DNA from: an uncultured Desulfospira sp.
GTDB lineage: Bacteria; Desulfobacterota; Desulfobacteria; Desulfobacterales; Desulfobacteraceae
Direction: 5' to 3'
NCBI GenBank assembly: GCA_963663165.1
Contig: OY760175.1
Location: 1,696,001-1,760,000, forward strand
Length of the DNA stretch: 64,000 nt
Positions within the stretch are counted from its first letter, which is position 1; every line of letters begins with the position of its first letter. The position numbers and the translations under genes were made by a program. Below, piece by piece: positions 1 through 9,251 of this stretch. The notes beneath the pieces are model-generated. The model saw only the letters and a program-made list of their open reading frames with translations. It had not been told where the DNA came from and ran no database searches.

Positions 1-49
1 TGAGCCCTGGTTTGTACGATGCTGAAAATTAACCCGGATAATTTAAAGA

Positions 50-1078
50 TTAGGCCGCCTGGAACCCCGGCCTTTCAAGATCAATCTTCACCTTTAACGG
101 CCCCTTTTCTCCCATGGTTTTGCCGATGGCATTGGCAATGCCCTGGGGGTTGGGCAGAACCACATGCTCCAGGGGGCCTGCGGGAACCGGCAGATTCGCG
201 GCCGCCACCCGCTCAACCGGCGCCTTAAGGCTGCCCCATGCCTGTTCCATGATCAGCATGGAAAGTTCTCCGGTAACACCGCAGCGAAGGTTGTCTTCAT
301 CCACAATGACCACCCGGCCCGTTTTGTTGACCGATGCCATGATGGTATCCATATCCAGGGGTTCAAGGGTTCTCAGGTCAATGACCTCAACGCTGATCCG
401 GTCTTTCAGCGCCTGGGCCACGGCCAGGGCCATGTGCACCATATAGGAGGTGCAAAGCACCGTGACCTGTTCTCCGGGCATTTTGATATCGGCCTTGCCA
501 AAGGCGATGGTGTACTCACCCTCGGGCACCTCGCCGGTGGTGTTCAGCAGCTGTTTATGGAACAGATACACCACCGGATTGTTGTCCCGTATGGCGGTTT
601 TAAGCAGTCCCTTGGCATCATAAGGGGTTGAGGGAAGCGCTATTTTCAGCCCGGGCCGGTGCCATAAAAATCCTGACGGCACCTGGGAGTGCATCGGCCC
701 GCCCCCGCTGTAACCGCCCACAGCCGCTTTAATGACCATGGGCACTCGGGTCCGGCCGCCGTTTGAAAACCGGTGGGTGGCGGCCTGATTCAGGATTTCA
801 TCGGTGGCGCAGAACATGAAATCGGCGTACATGATATCCGCGATGGGCCGGTATCCGGCCAGTGCCGCCCCGACAGCGGCGCCCACAATAAAATTTTCGC
901 TGATGGTGGTGTCCCGGATGCGCTCTTTGCCGAATTTTTCCACCAGCCCCTGATGGGTATTCCAGTTGTCCCGGCACATATTCTCGCCCAGAATAAACAC
1001 CTTCTCATCTCTTGCCATTTCTTCGGTAAAGGCTTCGTTGATGGCCTCTCTATAGGTGATGTCTCTCATATCGTTCAC
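50..1078 (-). CDS. 2-oxoacid/acetoin dehydrogenase E1 component beta subunit
   Basis: ITYREAINEA, RIRDTTISE, HSQ, PSTPYDAKGLL and EVIDLRTLEPLD are typical E1-beta motifs. Likely start is GTG at 1078 after an AGGAG RBS (alternative ATG 1069). Confidence 0.9.
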   Translation of the reverse strand: MNDMRDITYREAINEAFTEEMARDEKVFILGENMCRDNWNTHQGLVEKFGKERIRDTTISENFIVGAAVGAALAGYRPIADIMYADFMFCATDEILNQAATHRFSNGGRTRVPMVIKAAVGGYSGGGPMHSQVPSGFLWHRPGLKIALPSTPYDAKGLLKTAIRDNNPVVYLFHKQLLNTTGEVPEGEYTIAFGKADIKMPGEQVTVLCTSYMVHMALAVAQALKDRISVEVIDLRTLEPLDMDTIMASVNKTGRVVIVDEDNLRCGVTGELSMLIMEQAWGSLKAPVERVAAANLPVPAGPLEHVVLPNPQGIANAIGKTMGEKGPLKVKIDLERPGFQAA

Positions 1079-1136
1079 GGTTCTCCTAAATTGCTCGGTT
1101 AAAACATTTGTTTTCAGATAATGCGGCAAGGGGGGA

Positions 1137-2117
1137 TTATTCAGCGTACAATGCGTCTTCTAAGATGCCCGGTTCGGCAACAGGGCTTTCATTGGCGAAT
1201 TTTTCCGCCGCCTGAATTTCCGCGGCCGCCTCATTATATATACGCTCAATGCCGGCCTGATCCAGAATGCCTTCTTTTTTGAGCGCTTCTTGAAACAGTT
1301 TAACAGGGTCCCTTTGTTTCCAGTGCGCCACCTCTTCTTCACTGCGCATGCCGTCCATGCAAAGGTCCGGGGCACCTTCAACCTGGGCGTTATACCGGCA
1401 GGTTTTCAATTCGATGAAACTTGGGCCCTCACCCTTTCGGGCCCTGTCTATAGCCGTCTTTGCGGCGTTGTGTACGGCGCATACATCCTGGCCGTCCACA
1501 ATTTCAGACGGGATATTGTACCCGAAGGCCCAGTCGGCAATGTTTTCTTTGGGATAAGCCACATCCACGGGCACCCACATGCTCATGCCGTTGTTGGAGC
1601 AGATCCAGATCAGCGGCAGCTTCCAGTTGGCGCTCATCAGCATGGCCGTATGGACACTGCCCTCGCCAATGGCGCCGTCACCGATAAAGCAGGCCACCAC
1701 CTGATTTTTATTGGCCAGTTTAGCGGCAAGGGCCACACCGCCGGCCAGGGTGGCCTCTCCGCCCACAGTGCCGCCCATGCCGAATATGCCTTTATCCGGG
1801 CTGCACGTGTTGATAAACCCGATGCCCCGGCATGAGCCGGTTTCTTTTCCATAATGTTCGGCAACAATTTGTCTTGCCGGCACCCCTTTGGACAACACCT
1901 CGCAAATGCCGTGGCCCCGGTGGGTGTACCAGACATAATCGTCCTCATTTAAAAAGGTGCAGACCCCGACACCGATGGCTTCCTGGCCCTGCTGGCTGTG
2001 GTAGAACGGGCCGGCCAGCTTTTTGGTGAAATAGGCGTCCACAAGGAATTCATCCAGGGCCCTGACCCGGACCATGTTGGTATAAAGTTCTAATTTCTGT
2101 TTTTTGTCTAATCCCAT
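1137..2117 (-). CDS. 2-oxoacid/acetoin dehydrogenase E1 component alpha subunit (ThDP-dependent)
   Basis: HSQQGQEA, THRGH, ThDP motif GDGAIGEG...NN, VDGQDV, GPSFIELKT. Confidence 0.9.
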   Translation of the reverse strand: MGLDKKQKLELYTNMVRVRALDEFLVDAYFTKKLAGPFYHSQQGQEAIGVGVCTFLNEDDYVWYTHRGHGICEVLSKGVPARQIVAEHYGKETGSCRGIGFINTCSPDKGIFGMGGTVGGEATLAGGVALAAKLANKNQVVACFIGDGAIGEGSVHTAMLMSANWKLPLIWICSNNGMSMWVPVDVAYPKENIADWAFGYNIPSEIVDGQDVCAVHNAAKTAIDRARKGEGPSFIELKTCRYNAQVEGAPDLCMDGMRSEEEVAHWKQRDPVKLFQEALKKEGILDQAGIERIYNEAAAEIQAAEKFANESPVAEPGILEDALYAE

Positions 2118-2132
2118 AACATTGTCCTTCTT

Positions 2133-3020
2133 TTATGATTCTATGGTTGTGTTGGACATTAACTCCAGTAACTTGACGATACCCGAATGATCCCAGTCCT
2201 TGCCGCCATCCTGGGCCAAAGCCGCATTCCACAGCTGGGACATCATGGATACCCCGGGCAGATAAAGGTTCATTTTCAACGCCGCATCAAGGGCGATCCG
2301 GGTATCTTTTTGGTGAATGCCGACCCTGGCACCGGGGGTGAACTGCCGCCGGGTCATTCGCCGGCCGTGAACCTCCAGGACCCGGCTCTGGGCAAACCCG
2401 CCCATGAGGGCGGCGCGCACTTTTTCAGGATCAACCCCTGACCGGGAGGCCATTAACAGGGCTTCGGCAACCGCCTCAATGGACAGGGCCACGATCATCT
2501 GGTTGGCGCATTTGGCAATCTGTCCGGCACCGCTGTCCCCCACATGGCTGATATTCCGGCCCATGGCCTTAAATACGGGCAGCATCCGGTTAAAGGCGTC
2601 CTCATTGCCGCCGGCCATGATGGACAGCGTGGCCTCCTGAGCGCCGACATCGCCGCCGCTGACCGGGGCATCCAGTAAAAACGCCCCTTTTCTTCGAAAC
2701 AGCGGCGCCATTTTCCGGGGCAGATCCGGCGACGTGGTGCTCATATCAATGGCCACGGCCTCCGGTTCTATCCCTTCCAGAATACCGTTTTCCCCAAGGC
2801 AGACCGACTCGACAACCCGGTCATCGGGCAGTATCGTAATGACGGCGTCGGCTGATTGCGCCGCATCAGCGGGCGAATCCGCTATTTGGGCCCCTGATTT
2901 TGCCAATATTTGAGACGGCTCAGGGCTTCGGTTGAACACCTTGACGGAAAACCCTTTTTGGATAAGGTTTTTCGCCATGGGCCGCCCCATAATGCCCAGG
3001 CCGATAAATCCGATTTTCAA
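2133..3020 (-). CDS. 2-hydroxy-3-oxopropionate reductase / beta-hydroxyacid dehydrogenase (GarR/GlxR family)
   Basis: KIGFIGLGIMG Rossmann motif, LDAPVSGG, GAGQIAKCANQ. Probable TTG start at 3020 after an AAGGGGG RBS. Confidence 0.88.
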   Translation of the reverse strand: MKIGFIGLGIMGRPMAKNLIQKGFSVKVFNRSPEPSQILAKSGAQIADSPADAAQSADAVITILPDDRVVESVCLGENGILEGIEPEAVAIDMSTTSPDLPRKMAPLFRRKGAFLLDAPVSGGDVGAQEATLSIMAGGNEDAFNRMLPVFKAMGRNISHVGDSGAGQIAKCANQMIVALSIEAVAEALLMASRSGVDPEKVRAALMGGFAQSRVLEVHGRRMTRRQFTPGARVGIHQKDTRIALDAALKMNLYLPGVSMMSQLWNAALAQDGGKDWDHSGIVKLLELMSNTTIES

Positions 3021-3033
3021 TTGATCCCCCTTT

Positions 3034-3480
3034 TTACGGCTCATCATATTGTGCCAGTTCAACGATTAACTGTTCGGGCCCCAAGATATAGGTCGCCCAG
3101 ACACCCGGCCGCAAATTCTGGGGGGCTGTGGTAAACCTGGCCCCGCTGTTGAGCATCTGCCCGTAGGCCTTATCAATATCGGCCACCTTAAGGCAGATAT
3201 GGGTAAAACCGTGGTCGCACTGTCTGAACGCGGCCCGGGGCTCCCCCTCAGGGTGCTTAAATTTTAACAGCTCAATATGGACCCCGTAGCCTTTAAGGAG
3301 AACCACATGAGCCTTGACATCTTCCAGTCCGATGACCTTGTCCAAAGGCTCTCCCGAACGGTTCGGATCTTCGATTTCAACTTCAAACCCTAATTTTTCA
3401 CAGAAAAAAGAGACCATTTTTTCCATATCGCCCACAGAGACGGCGACATGGTGAAATGCCGTTACACCCAATGTATTCAT
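3034..3480 (-). CDS. VOC (glyoxalase/bleomycin resistance/epimerase) family protein
   Basis: FHHVAVSV...IELL...THICLKVAD...VELAQ metal-binding pattern. ATG at 3480 after a GGGGAG RBS. Confidence 0.85.
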   Translation of the reverse strand: MNTLGVTAFHHVAVSVGDMEKMVSFFCEKLGFEVEIEDPNRSGEPLDKVIGLEDVKAHVVLLKGYGVHIELLKFKHPEGEPRAAFRQCDHGFTHICLKVADIDKAYGQMLNSGARFTTAPQNLRPGVWATYILGPEQLIVELAQYDEP

Positions 3481-3493
3481 GAACAACTCCCCT

Positions 3494-4804
3494 TTAACGG
3501 ACCAGTATTTTCGGCAGCCAGAGTGAAAGAATGGGAAACGCCACAAGGATGGTCAGCCGGACAAAATCCGCCAGCAAAAATGGAATGATGCCGATAAACA
3601 GCGTCTTTAAGGGATACTGTTCTTTGATAATCCCGTGCAGCATATAAATGTTGATTCCCATGGGCGGGGTGATCATTCCGATCTCAACCAGCACAATATT
3701 GACAATGCCCCACCAGATGGGCGAATACCCCATGCTGATGATCAGGGGCAGCACAAAGGGCATGGTGATCACCATGGCGCCCACGGTATCGAAAATACTG
3801 CCCAGAATGATATAGACCGCCATCAATATAAACAGGATCATAAAATTGGGCAGACCCGACTGAATGATGGTGTTGGCCAGGGTGTCCGGAAAATGCGTGA
3901 TCACAATATAATAATTGAACACCGCGGATCCCAGCAAAATAACATATATCATGGCGGTGTTGTTGGCCGTGTTGACCAGGGCGCCCCAGAACCTTTCCCA
4001 GGTCATCTGCCCTTTGACCAGGGCCAGCAGAAAAGACAGAATCACCCCCAGGGACGCCGCTTCAGTGACGGTGAACACCCCGCCGTATATCCCGAAGGCA
4101 ATGGTCCCGATCAGGACCACGGCAACCCAGCTTCTGGACAGCATTCTGAACCGTTCTGCCCAGGGCAGGGCTTCTGTGGCCGGGCCAGAGTCCGGATATA
4201 TCTTCACATAAATGGCAATGGCAACAAAATAAAGCAAAATGGTGACAATGGCCGGAATAATGGCGGCCACAAAGAGCTCCACAATAAACTGTTCGGATAA
4301 AACCGCATACATGACCAGGATGACCGAAGGCGGAACCAGTGACCCCAGGGTTCCCCCGCCGCCGATACTGCCGGTGGAAAGGGAGGGGGAGTATCCCCTC
4401 TGGGTCATTTCCGGCAGGGCGATGCGGCCGAAAGTGGCCGTCGTGGCCACGGAAGACCCGCAAACCGCGCCGAACAGGCCGCAGCCGCCCACCGTGGCCA
4501 TGGCCAGGCCGCCGCGCCGGTGGCCTAAGAAAGCGGAGGCGATATTGTACATATCCGTGGAAATACCGCCGGCCACGGCAAAATTGCCCATCAGGACAAA
4601 CAGCGGCACCACGGCCAGATCCATGTTGGCAATATTTCGAACCGCCTCTGTGGCCAGAATGGATGACCCCGTATGGAACGAGGCGGTCATCAGGCTGTAG
4701 CCCACCACGCCGACAACGGCCATGGATATGCCGATGGGCACGTGAAGGGCGATCAGAATGAACATGACTAAAATGGCTAAAATGGCAAGGGTAAACGGGC
4801 TCAT
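3494..4804 (-). CDS. dctM: TRAP transporter large permease
   Basis: Highly hydrophobic. AVVPLFVLMG, GTLGSLVPPS, FTVTEAA, EIGMITPPMG. Start re-assigned to ATG 4804. Confidence 0.92.
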   Translation of the reverse strand: MSPFTLAILAILVMFILIALHVPIGISMAVVGVVGYSLMTASFHTGSSILATEAVRNIANMDLAVVPLFVLMGNFAVAGGISTDMYNIASAFLGHRRGGLAMATVGGCGLFGAVCGSSVATTATFGRIALPEMTQRGYSPSLSTGSIGGGGTLGSLVPPSVILVMYAVLSEQFIVELFVAAIIPAIVTILLYFVAIAIYVKIYPDSGPATEALPWAERFRMLSRSWVAVVLIGTIAFGIYGGVFTVTEAASLGVILSFLLALVKGQMTWERFWGALVNTANNTAMIYVILLGSAVFNYYIVITHFPDTLANTIIQSGLPNFMILFILMAVYIILGSIFDTVGAMVITMPFVLPLIISMGYSPIWWGIVNIVLVEIGMITPPMGINIYMLHGIIKEQYPLKTLFIGIIPFLLADFVRLTILVAFPILSLWLPKILVR

Positions 4805-4811
4805 AGACTTC

Positions 4812-5336
4812 TCATGATTGAAGTGGTTTTTGATTTTCTGGTTCAAATTTGACGGCAGCGCCCACGGCGCTGAAAAAACAAACCAGCTCAATGGGAATGC
4901 AAAGGGTAATCAGCACTGCCGCCGCCAGCCACCAGGGGTAAAGAGGGATATGAACGATCCAGGTGCTCTCATGGGTTCCCATGAGCTCCAGGGCATATTT
5001 CCAGAGCTGAACCGTTAAAAATGTAAAAAACACCAGGGAAATAAGGGCACTGAAAGCGTCGAACAGGTGGCGGGTTCTGCCGCCGATGGCGGTCCCCAGC
5101 ACATTGACATTAATATGGGCGCGTTCAACGCTTGTCAGAGGGAAACAAGCGGTCACGATAACAACGACAATCAACTCCGACGCATCATAAATCCCCAGAA
5201 TGGATATTCCGAACACGGCCCTGAGCAACACCGCCCCTACCGTGATAACCGACAGGCAAAGCAATCCGATAAGGCCGATCAGTGACAGCCGTGTCGACCA
5301 CTTTGCGATCTTTTCCTCAATACGTTTCAGTGCCAT
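4812..5336 (-). CDS. dctQ: TRAP transporter small permease
   Basis: About 4 TM segments, ERAHINV motif, located between dctP and dctM. Confidence 0.88.
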   Translation of the reverse strand: MALKRIEEKIAKWSTRLSLIGLIGLLCLSVITVGAVLLRAVFGISILGIYDASELIVVVIVTACFPLTSVERAHINVNVLGTAIGGRTRHLFDAFSALISLVFFTFLTVQLWKYALELMGTHESTWIVHIPLYPWWLAAAVLITLCIPIELVCFFSAVGAAVKFEPENQKPLQS

Positions 5337-5351
5337 TATGATCCCTTTGTT

Positions 5352-6365
5352 TTATTTGTTTTCAGCCCGGACGGCCTCAAGTTCGTTCATGTATTGCTCG
5401 AGCAGTTCCGTGCGCCCGCTTTCCTTTCCCGCCCACCATTCCAGCGTGGGTTTCAAGGCGTCTTTCCATTGCTGGACTTCCCCGGCGGTCAGCTTGATAA
5501 TCTGGGTCTTTGGATCGGTTTGGGCCATGTCGTACAACTCTTTGCCATGGTCGACAACGGCCTGCTGCCACATCAATCCAAGCTTGGGCCCGTTTTCGAG
5601 AATGGCTGACTGCGCCTTTTCAGGAAGGCTGTCAAACTTGGGCCGGTTCATGACCACAGCCAGGGGAAAGGTGCCCAGAGGGGCCACGGTATGGTATTTG
5701 GCCACATCGGCAACCCTGAAGGTAATGACGGCGCTGTCGTCATTAATGGTGCCTTCGATGACGCCGCGGCTTAAATTCTCAGCGGCCTGAACATATTGCA
5801 TGGCCACGGGAACCGCGCCGAGGTTGTGAAGCACCTGGGCCCAGAAGTCATTTCCCGCCCGGATTTTGCGCCCTTTGATGTCCTCAGGCACCCGCACCGG
5901 GAAAGTAGTATGCAAATGAAACACATCGGTGGTGTAATGGGCAACGCAGATCAGGTCTCCCGTATATCCTTTGAGCAGCCCCTTGTCCAGCATGCGCTGG
6001 GAGGCAATGGTGGATTCAAACCCGTTTTCGGCAATCCCCGGCAGGGTGAACACCTCGTCCTGGGGGAACCGTCCCTGGACATAGGGCGGATTAAAATAGG
6101 TCAGATCGGCCACCCCGTCAGCCACCAGTTTGGCCTGTACCCGTGAATCCCGGCCCAGGGTCCCGCCGGGATAGACCTGGATTTTCACGGTTCCTTGGGA
6201 TGCTTTTTCAACAATTTCACACCAGGGCTCGTAGGCCTTTTTAACGGTTGGGGCCTGGGCGGAATCCACCACCGCAAATTTCAAGGTTACCGGATTGGCC
6301 AGCGCTGACTGACCGATGAATAACGCAAACACTGCCAATAAAACTGAAAAACAACCCTTTTTCAT
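5352..6365 (-). CDS. dctP: TRAP transporter substrate-binding protein
   Basis: Signal peptide, VKIQVYPGGTLG, PEDIKGRKIR, LGAVPVAM. Confidence 0.92.
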   Translation of the reverse strand: MKKGCFSVLLAVFALFIGQSALANPVTLKFAVVDSAQAPTVKKAYEPWCEIVEKASQGTVKIQVYPGGTLGRDSRVQAKLVADGVADLTYFNPPYVQGRFPQDEVFTLPGIAENGFESTIASQRMLDKGLLKGYTGDLICVAHYTTDVFHLHTTFPVRVPEDIKGRKIRAGNDFWAQVLHNLGAVPVAMQYVQAAENLSRGVIEGTINDDSAVITFRVADVAKYHTVAPLGTFPLAVVMNRPKFDSLPEKAQSAILENGPKLGLMWQQAVVDHGKELYDMAQTDPKTQIIKLTAGEVQQWKDALKPTLEWWAGKESGRTELLEQYMNELEAVRAENK

Positions 6366-6505
6366 GGAACCTCCTTTTGATTGAACCTGTTGTTGTTAAT
6401 CCGATGTGTCCACCGGTTGAAAACACTATCATTTATATCCCCTTTATCAAGGGGTGACGCCGGTTAATAACAGCGGTTTTTTCTATCGGTTTAGCCCCGG
6501 CGGGC

Positions 6506-7474
6506 TTATGCCTCCTTTTTTCGGGTGATCTGGTGAAACACTTTAAGCTGCATCAGCAGATGGGTATTAATGTCATTTCGAATTTCTTGAATATCCCTGC
6601 CGCTGTAATCATACCAGCCCTTTCCGGATTTAATGCCAAGCTCGCCGCGCCGTACTTTTTCCCGCAGGGATTCGGCGGCTTCCGTCCGGTTGCTCAATGT
6701 CTTGTAAATCAGGTCCGACACCCGCTCAGCCGTATCCAGCCCGATCACATCTTCGGCTTCCATGGGCCCAAGACAGGCCAGCCGGAACCCGTAGCTGGCC
6801 TTTAACACCGCATCCAGGTCCTCAGGGGTGACAATGCCTTCATCCAGCAGATAATCCACCTCCCTTTCCACGGCCCCCTGGAGCCGGTTGACGATAAAGC
6901 CGGGGACCTCTTTGCGGACCAGGGCCGGGGTTTTACCGGCCCTGACCATTAAGGCCCTTGTCAGATCCAGTGTTTCCCTTGACGTCTGCTTTGCCCGGTG
7001 AATCTCAACCGCCGGAATGATATGGGCCGGGTTAAAATAGTGAAGCCCCACCACCCGCTGGGGGTTATTCACGCCATCGGCCATGGGGGTCATGGTTAAA
7101 CTGCCGGTATTGCTGGCCAGGATTGCCTCTTTGGGGGCGGCGTTCCCCAGGCGGGCAAACAGCGCCTTCTTAAGATCAAGGACTTCAGGGATACTCTCCA
7201 CCACGAACTGGCAGCCGCTGACCACCGTGTCCAGGTCTGCCAGCAGATGCGGTTTGATCCTTCCCAGGATATCAGGGATCTCATCTTTCAGAAGGCCGTG
7301 GGCCTCAAGCAATTCCAGGTTGGCCTGAATCTGTGTATGGGCGCCATCCAGGGCGGATGCGGCCTGGTCAATCAACCGCACTGAAAACCCGGCCTGGGCA
7401 AACCCCTGAGCAATGCCGCTGCCCATGATACCGGCACCGATGACCGCTATATCCGTTATGTCTTCAAGCTTCAT
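6506..7474 (-). CDS. 3-hydroxyacyl-CoA dehydrogenase family protein
   Basis: VIGAGIMGSGIA, ESIPE, LASNTGS, GLHYFNP, PGFIVNRL, LGIKSGKGWYDY. Confidence 0.92.
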   Translation of the reverse strand: MKLEDITDIAVIGAGIMGSGIAQGFAQAGFSVRLIDQAASALDGAHTQIQANLELLEAHGLLKDEIPDILGRIKPHLLADLDTVVSGCQFVVESIPEVLDLKKALFARLGNAAPKEAILASNTGSLTMTPMADGVNNPQRVVGLHYFNPAHIIPAVEIHRAKQTSRETLDLTRALMVRAGKTPALVRKEVPGFIVNRLQGAVEREVDYLLDEGIVTPEDLDAVLKASYGFRLACLGPMEAEDVIGLDTAERVSDLIYKTLSNRTEAAESLREKVRRGELGIKSGKGWYDYSGRDIQEIRNDINTHLLMQLKVFHQITRKKEA

Positions 7475-7498
7475 TTTGCTTTTATGTCTCCATTATCC

Positions 7499-8494
7499 TT
7501 AGGGTTTGATCACCGTGTTGCGCAGAATGCCGATGCCTTCCACTTCGAGTTCTATGGTATCCCCGGGCTTGATCCATCGGTCCATTTCATCGCCGCATCC
7601 GTTCATGGGAGTGCCGGAGCCGATAAAATCACCCGGATAAAGGGTTTCCGACTGTGAAATCCATTCGATGATCTGGGGGAACCGCCAGAACATGTCCGAG
7701 GTCCTGGCCGAGGACCAGACCTCGCCGTTGATCCGGGCTTCCATTTTAATGTCCGAGACATCGAGCTCATCGGCCGTGACCATGCAGGGGCCCATGATAT
7801 ACCCGGTGGCCATATCCTTGCCTTTGCCCGGCCCAAGAAAGGTGCTGACGTCCTCGGTGAGGACGTCCCGGGCGCTGATATCATTAAAAATCGTATAACC
7901 GGCAATGTATTCGTGGGCTTTGTCTGCCGGGATATCCCTGCCCTGTTTGCCGATATAGATGCCAAATTCCAGTTCATAGTCCAGCTTGTTTGTAAAGGGC
8001 GGCCAGACCACGGGCTCATCCGGGCCGATCACGTTGCCCGGATTGCCCTTGTAGTAGGACGGCCGCTGATACCAGACCGGGGGACTGGGTTTTCCGGTAA
8101 TCTTTTCAAAATTTTTCATATGCCCTTCAAAACTCATGGTATCCCGGACCAAATGGGGTTTTGGCACCGGGGCATGAAGGGTGACCTGATCCGGGGAAAA
8201 CACCACCTGCTCCCCCTGGGGGCCTGTAATGTCCTGCCCGCCGGCCAGGTGTTTGCCGACATAGCCGGCTGTTTCATCGGCGGCATCCCTTGACAGCTGA
8301 CCGCCCTTTAGAAATTCGAGCATGTCCGGGGGCAGCAGTCCTGCAGCAATCTCGTATGCCCGGCCTGTTTTCCGGGATCCGGACAGCAGACTGACATATC
8401 CCATATTCAGGTCAATGATCCGGTTGTTTGCCAGCATGCCCATGCGGATATGTTTGCCCGCCGGGGTCCGGAAGCTGAATGTGACAAGTTTCAT
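7499..8494 (-). CDS. Fumarylacetoacetate hydrolase family protein
   Basis: LDYELEFG, GYTIFNDISARD, GKGKD, LYPGDFIGSGTP. Confidence 0.92.
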   Translation of the reverse strand: MKLVTFSFRTPAGKHIRMGMLANNRIIDLNMGYVSLLSGSRKTGRAYEIAAGLLPPDMLEFLKGGQLSRDAADETAGYVGKHLAGGQDITGPQGEQVVFSPDQVTLHAPVPKPHLVRDTMSFEGHMKNFEKITGKPSPPVWYQRPSYYKGNPGNVIGPDEPVVWPPFTNKLDYELEFGIYIGKQGRDIPADKAHEYIAGYTIFNDISARDVLTEDVSTFLGPGKGKDMATGYIMGPCMVTADELDVSDIKMEARINGEVWSSARTSDMFWRFPQIIEWISQSETLYPGDFIGSGTPMNGCGDEMDRWIKPGDTIELEVEGIGILRNTVIKP

Positions 8495-8525
8495 AAATCC
8501 ATTCTCTTTTTTTAAATTATGATTT

Positions 8526-8762
8526 TCATTTTAAAGTTTTTTGTTTGGAAAACGGTGAAGAACCGGTCCGGATCTCTTGTTGAAATCTGGCCATGCCCAG
8601 GGTTATCCGCTCTGCCTGGGCATCGGCCAGGCGGCCTTTTTTGACCGCATCGCCAAGGTAATCTCCTAAAGTATCCATGATGAAAACACGATCCAGGCCG
8701 GCATAATCCAGGGCTAAGATCAGTTCTTTTAACAAGTCTTGCGGTTCGATCGTCATAAGCAT
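8526..8762 (-). CDS. Small hypothetical protein (first gene of the catabolic operon)
   Basis: 78-aa ORF co-oriented with and directly upstream of the FAH gene. Protein-like composition but no recognisable motif. Confidence 0.5.
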   Translation of the reverse strand: MLMTIEPQDLLKELILALDYAGLDRVFIMDTLGDYLGDAVKKGRLADAQAERITLGMARFQQEIRTGSSPFSKQKTLK

Positions 8763-8850
8763 ATGGTCAAAATTAAAATGTAAAAAACAGGGTGCAAGCC
8801 AGCACCATGTCCTGACAGTTTTCTATTCTGTTTCTATTCTGTTGCTGTTT

Positions 8851-8866
8851 TGCAAATATGATACCG
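8851..8866 (-). promoter_or_regulatory. Putative sigma54 (-24/-12) promoter for the leftward catabolic operon
   Basis: Minus strand reads CGGTATCATATTTGCA (GG-N10-GC spacing), about 90 bp upstream of the 8762 ORF. Confidence 0.45.
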
Positions 8867-9198
8867 GATTAAAATTAAAGCGCAGGATGAATGGTGAAAA
8901 TATGGTACCGGTCACGGCAAAACAAAAATTTTGTCAATTATTTCAATGGGGAAACATTTAAAATTTTTTATAACAGACCGGCTGAAAATTTATTTTTTGA
9001 AAAAAAGAGGTGGGATTTTCGTGATATTCTGAAGGCAGAAAAAAGAAATGACGATATTTGGTCACAGGAATGTTAACATACGGGCAGCGGCTCGTGACCA
9101 GTTTAAACGCCTGCACCTGATACAGACGTGTAAAGCAAAAGAAACCGGACCAATGCACCAGAAAGAAACGCCCCAGGGCCGGCACGGCATGATTGATA

Positions 9199-9235
9199 AA
9201 AGGGGGCCTTCAGATAGCTCTTTTGGGCCCCCTTT
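9199..9235 (-). terminator. Probable intrinsic terminator after the ior gene
   Basis: AAAGGGGGCC...GGCCCCCTTT inverted repeat 16 bp past the stop codon, with a T-run on the minus strand. Confidence 0.65.
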
Positions 9236-9251
9236 GGTGAGGGGTTACGGG

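Noticed and set aside
8793..8807. Second sigma54 motif (TGGTGCTGGCTTGCA, minus strand)
   Set aside because: GG-to-GC spacing is one base short of the strict requirement.
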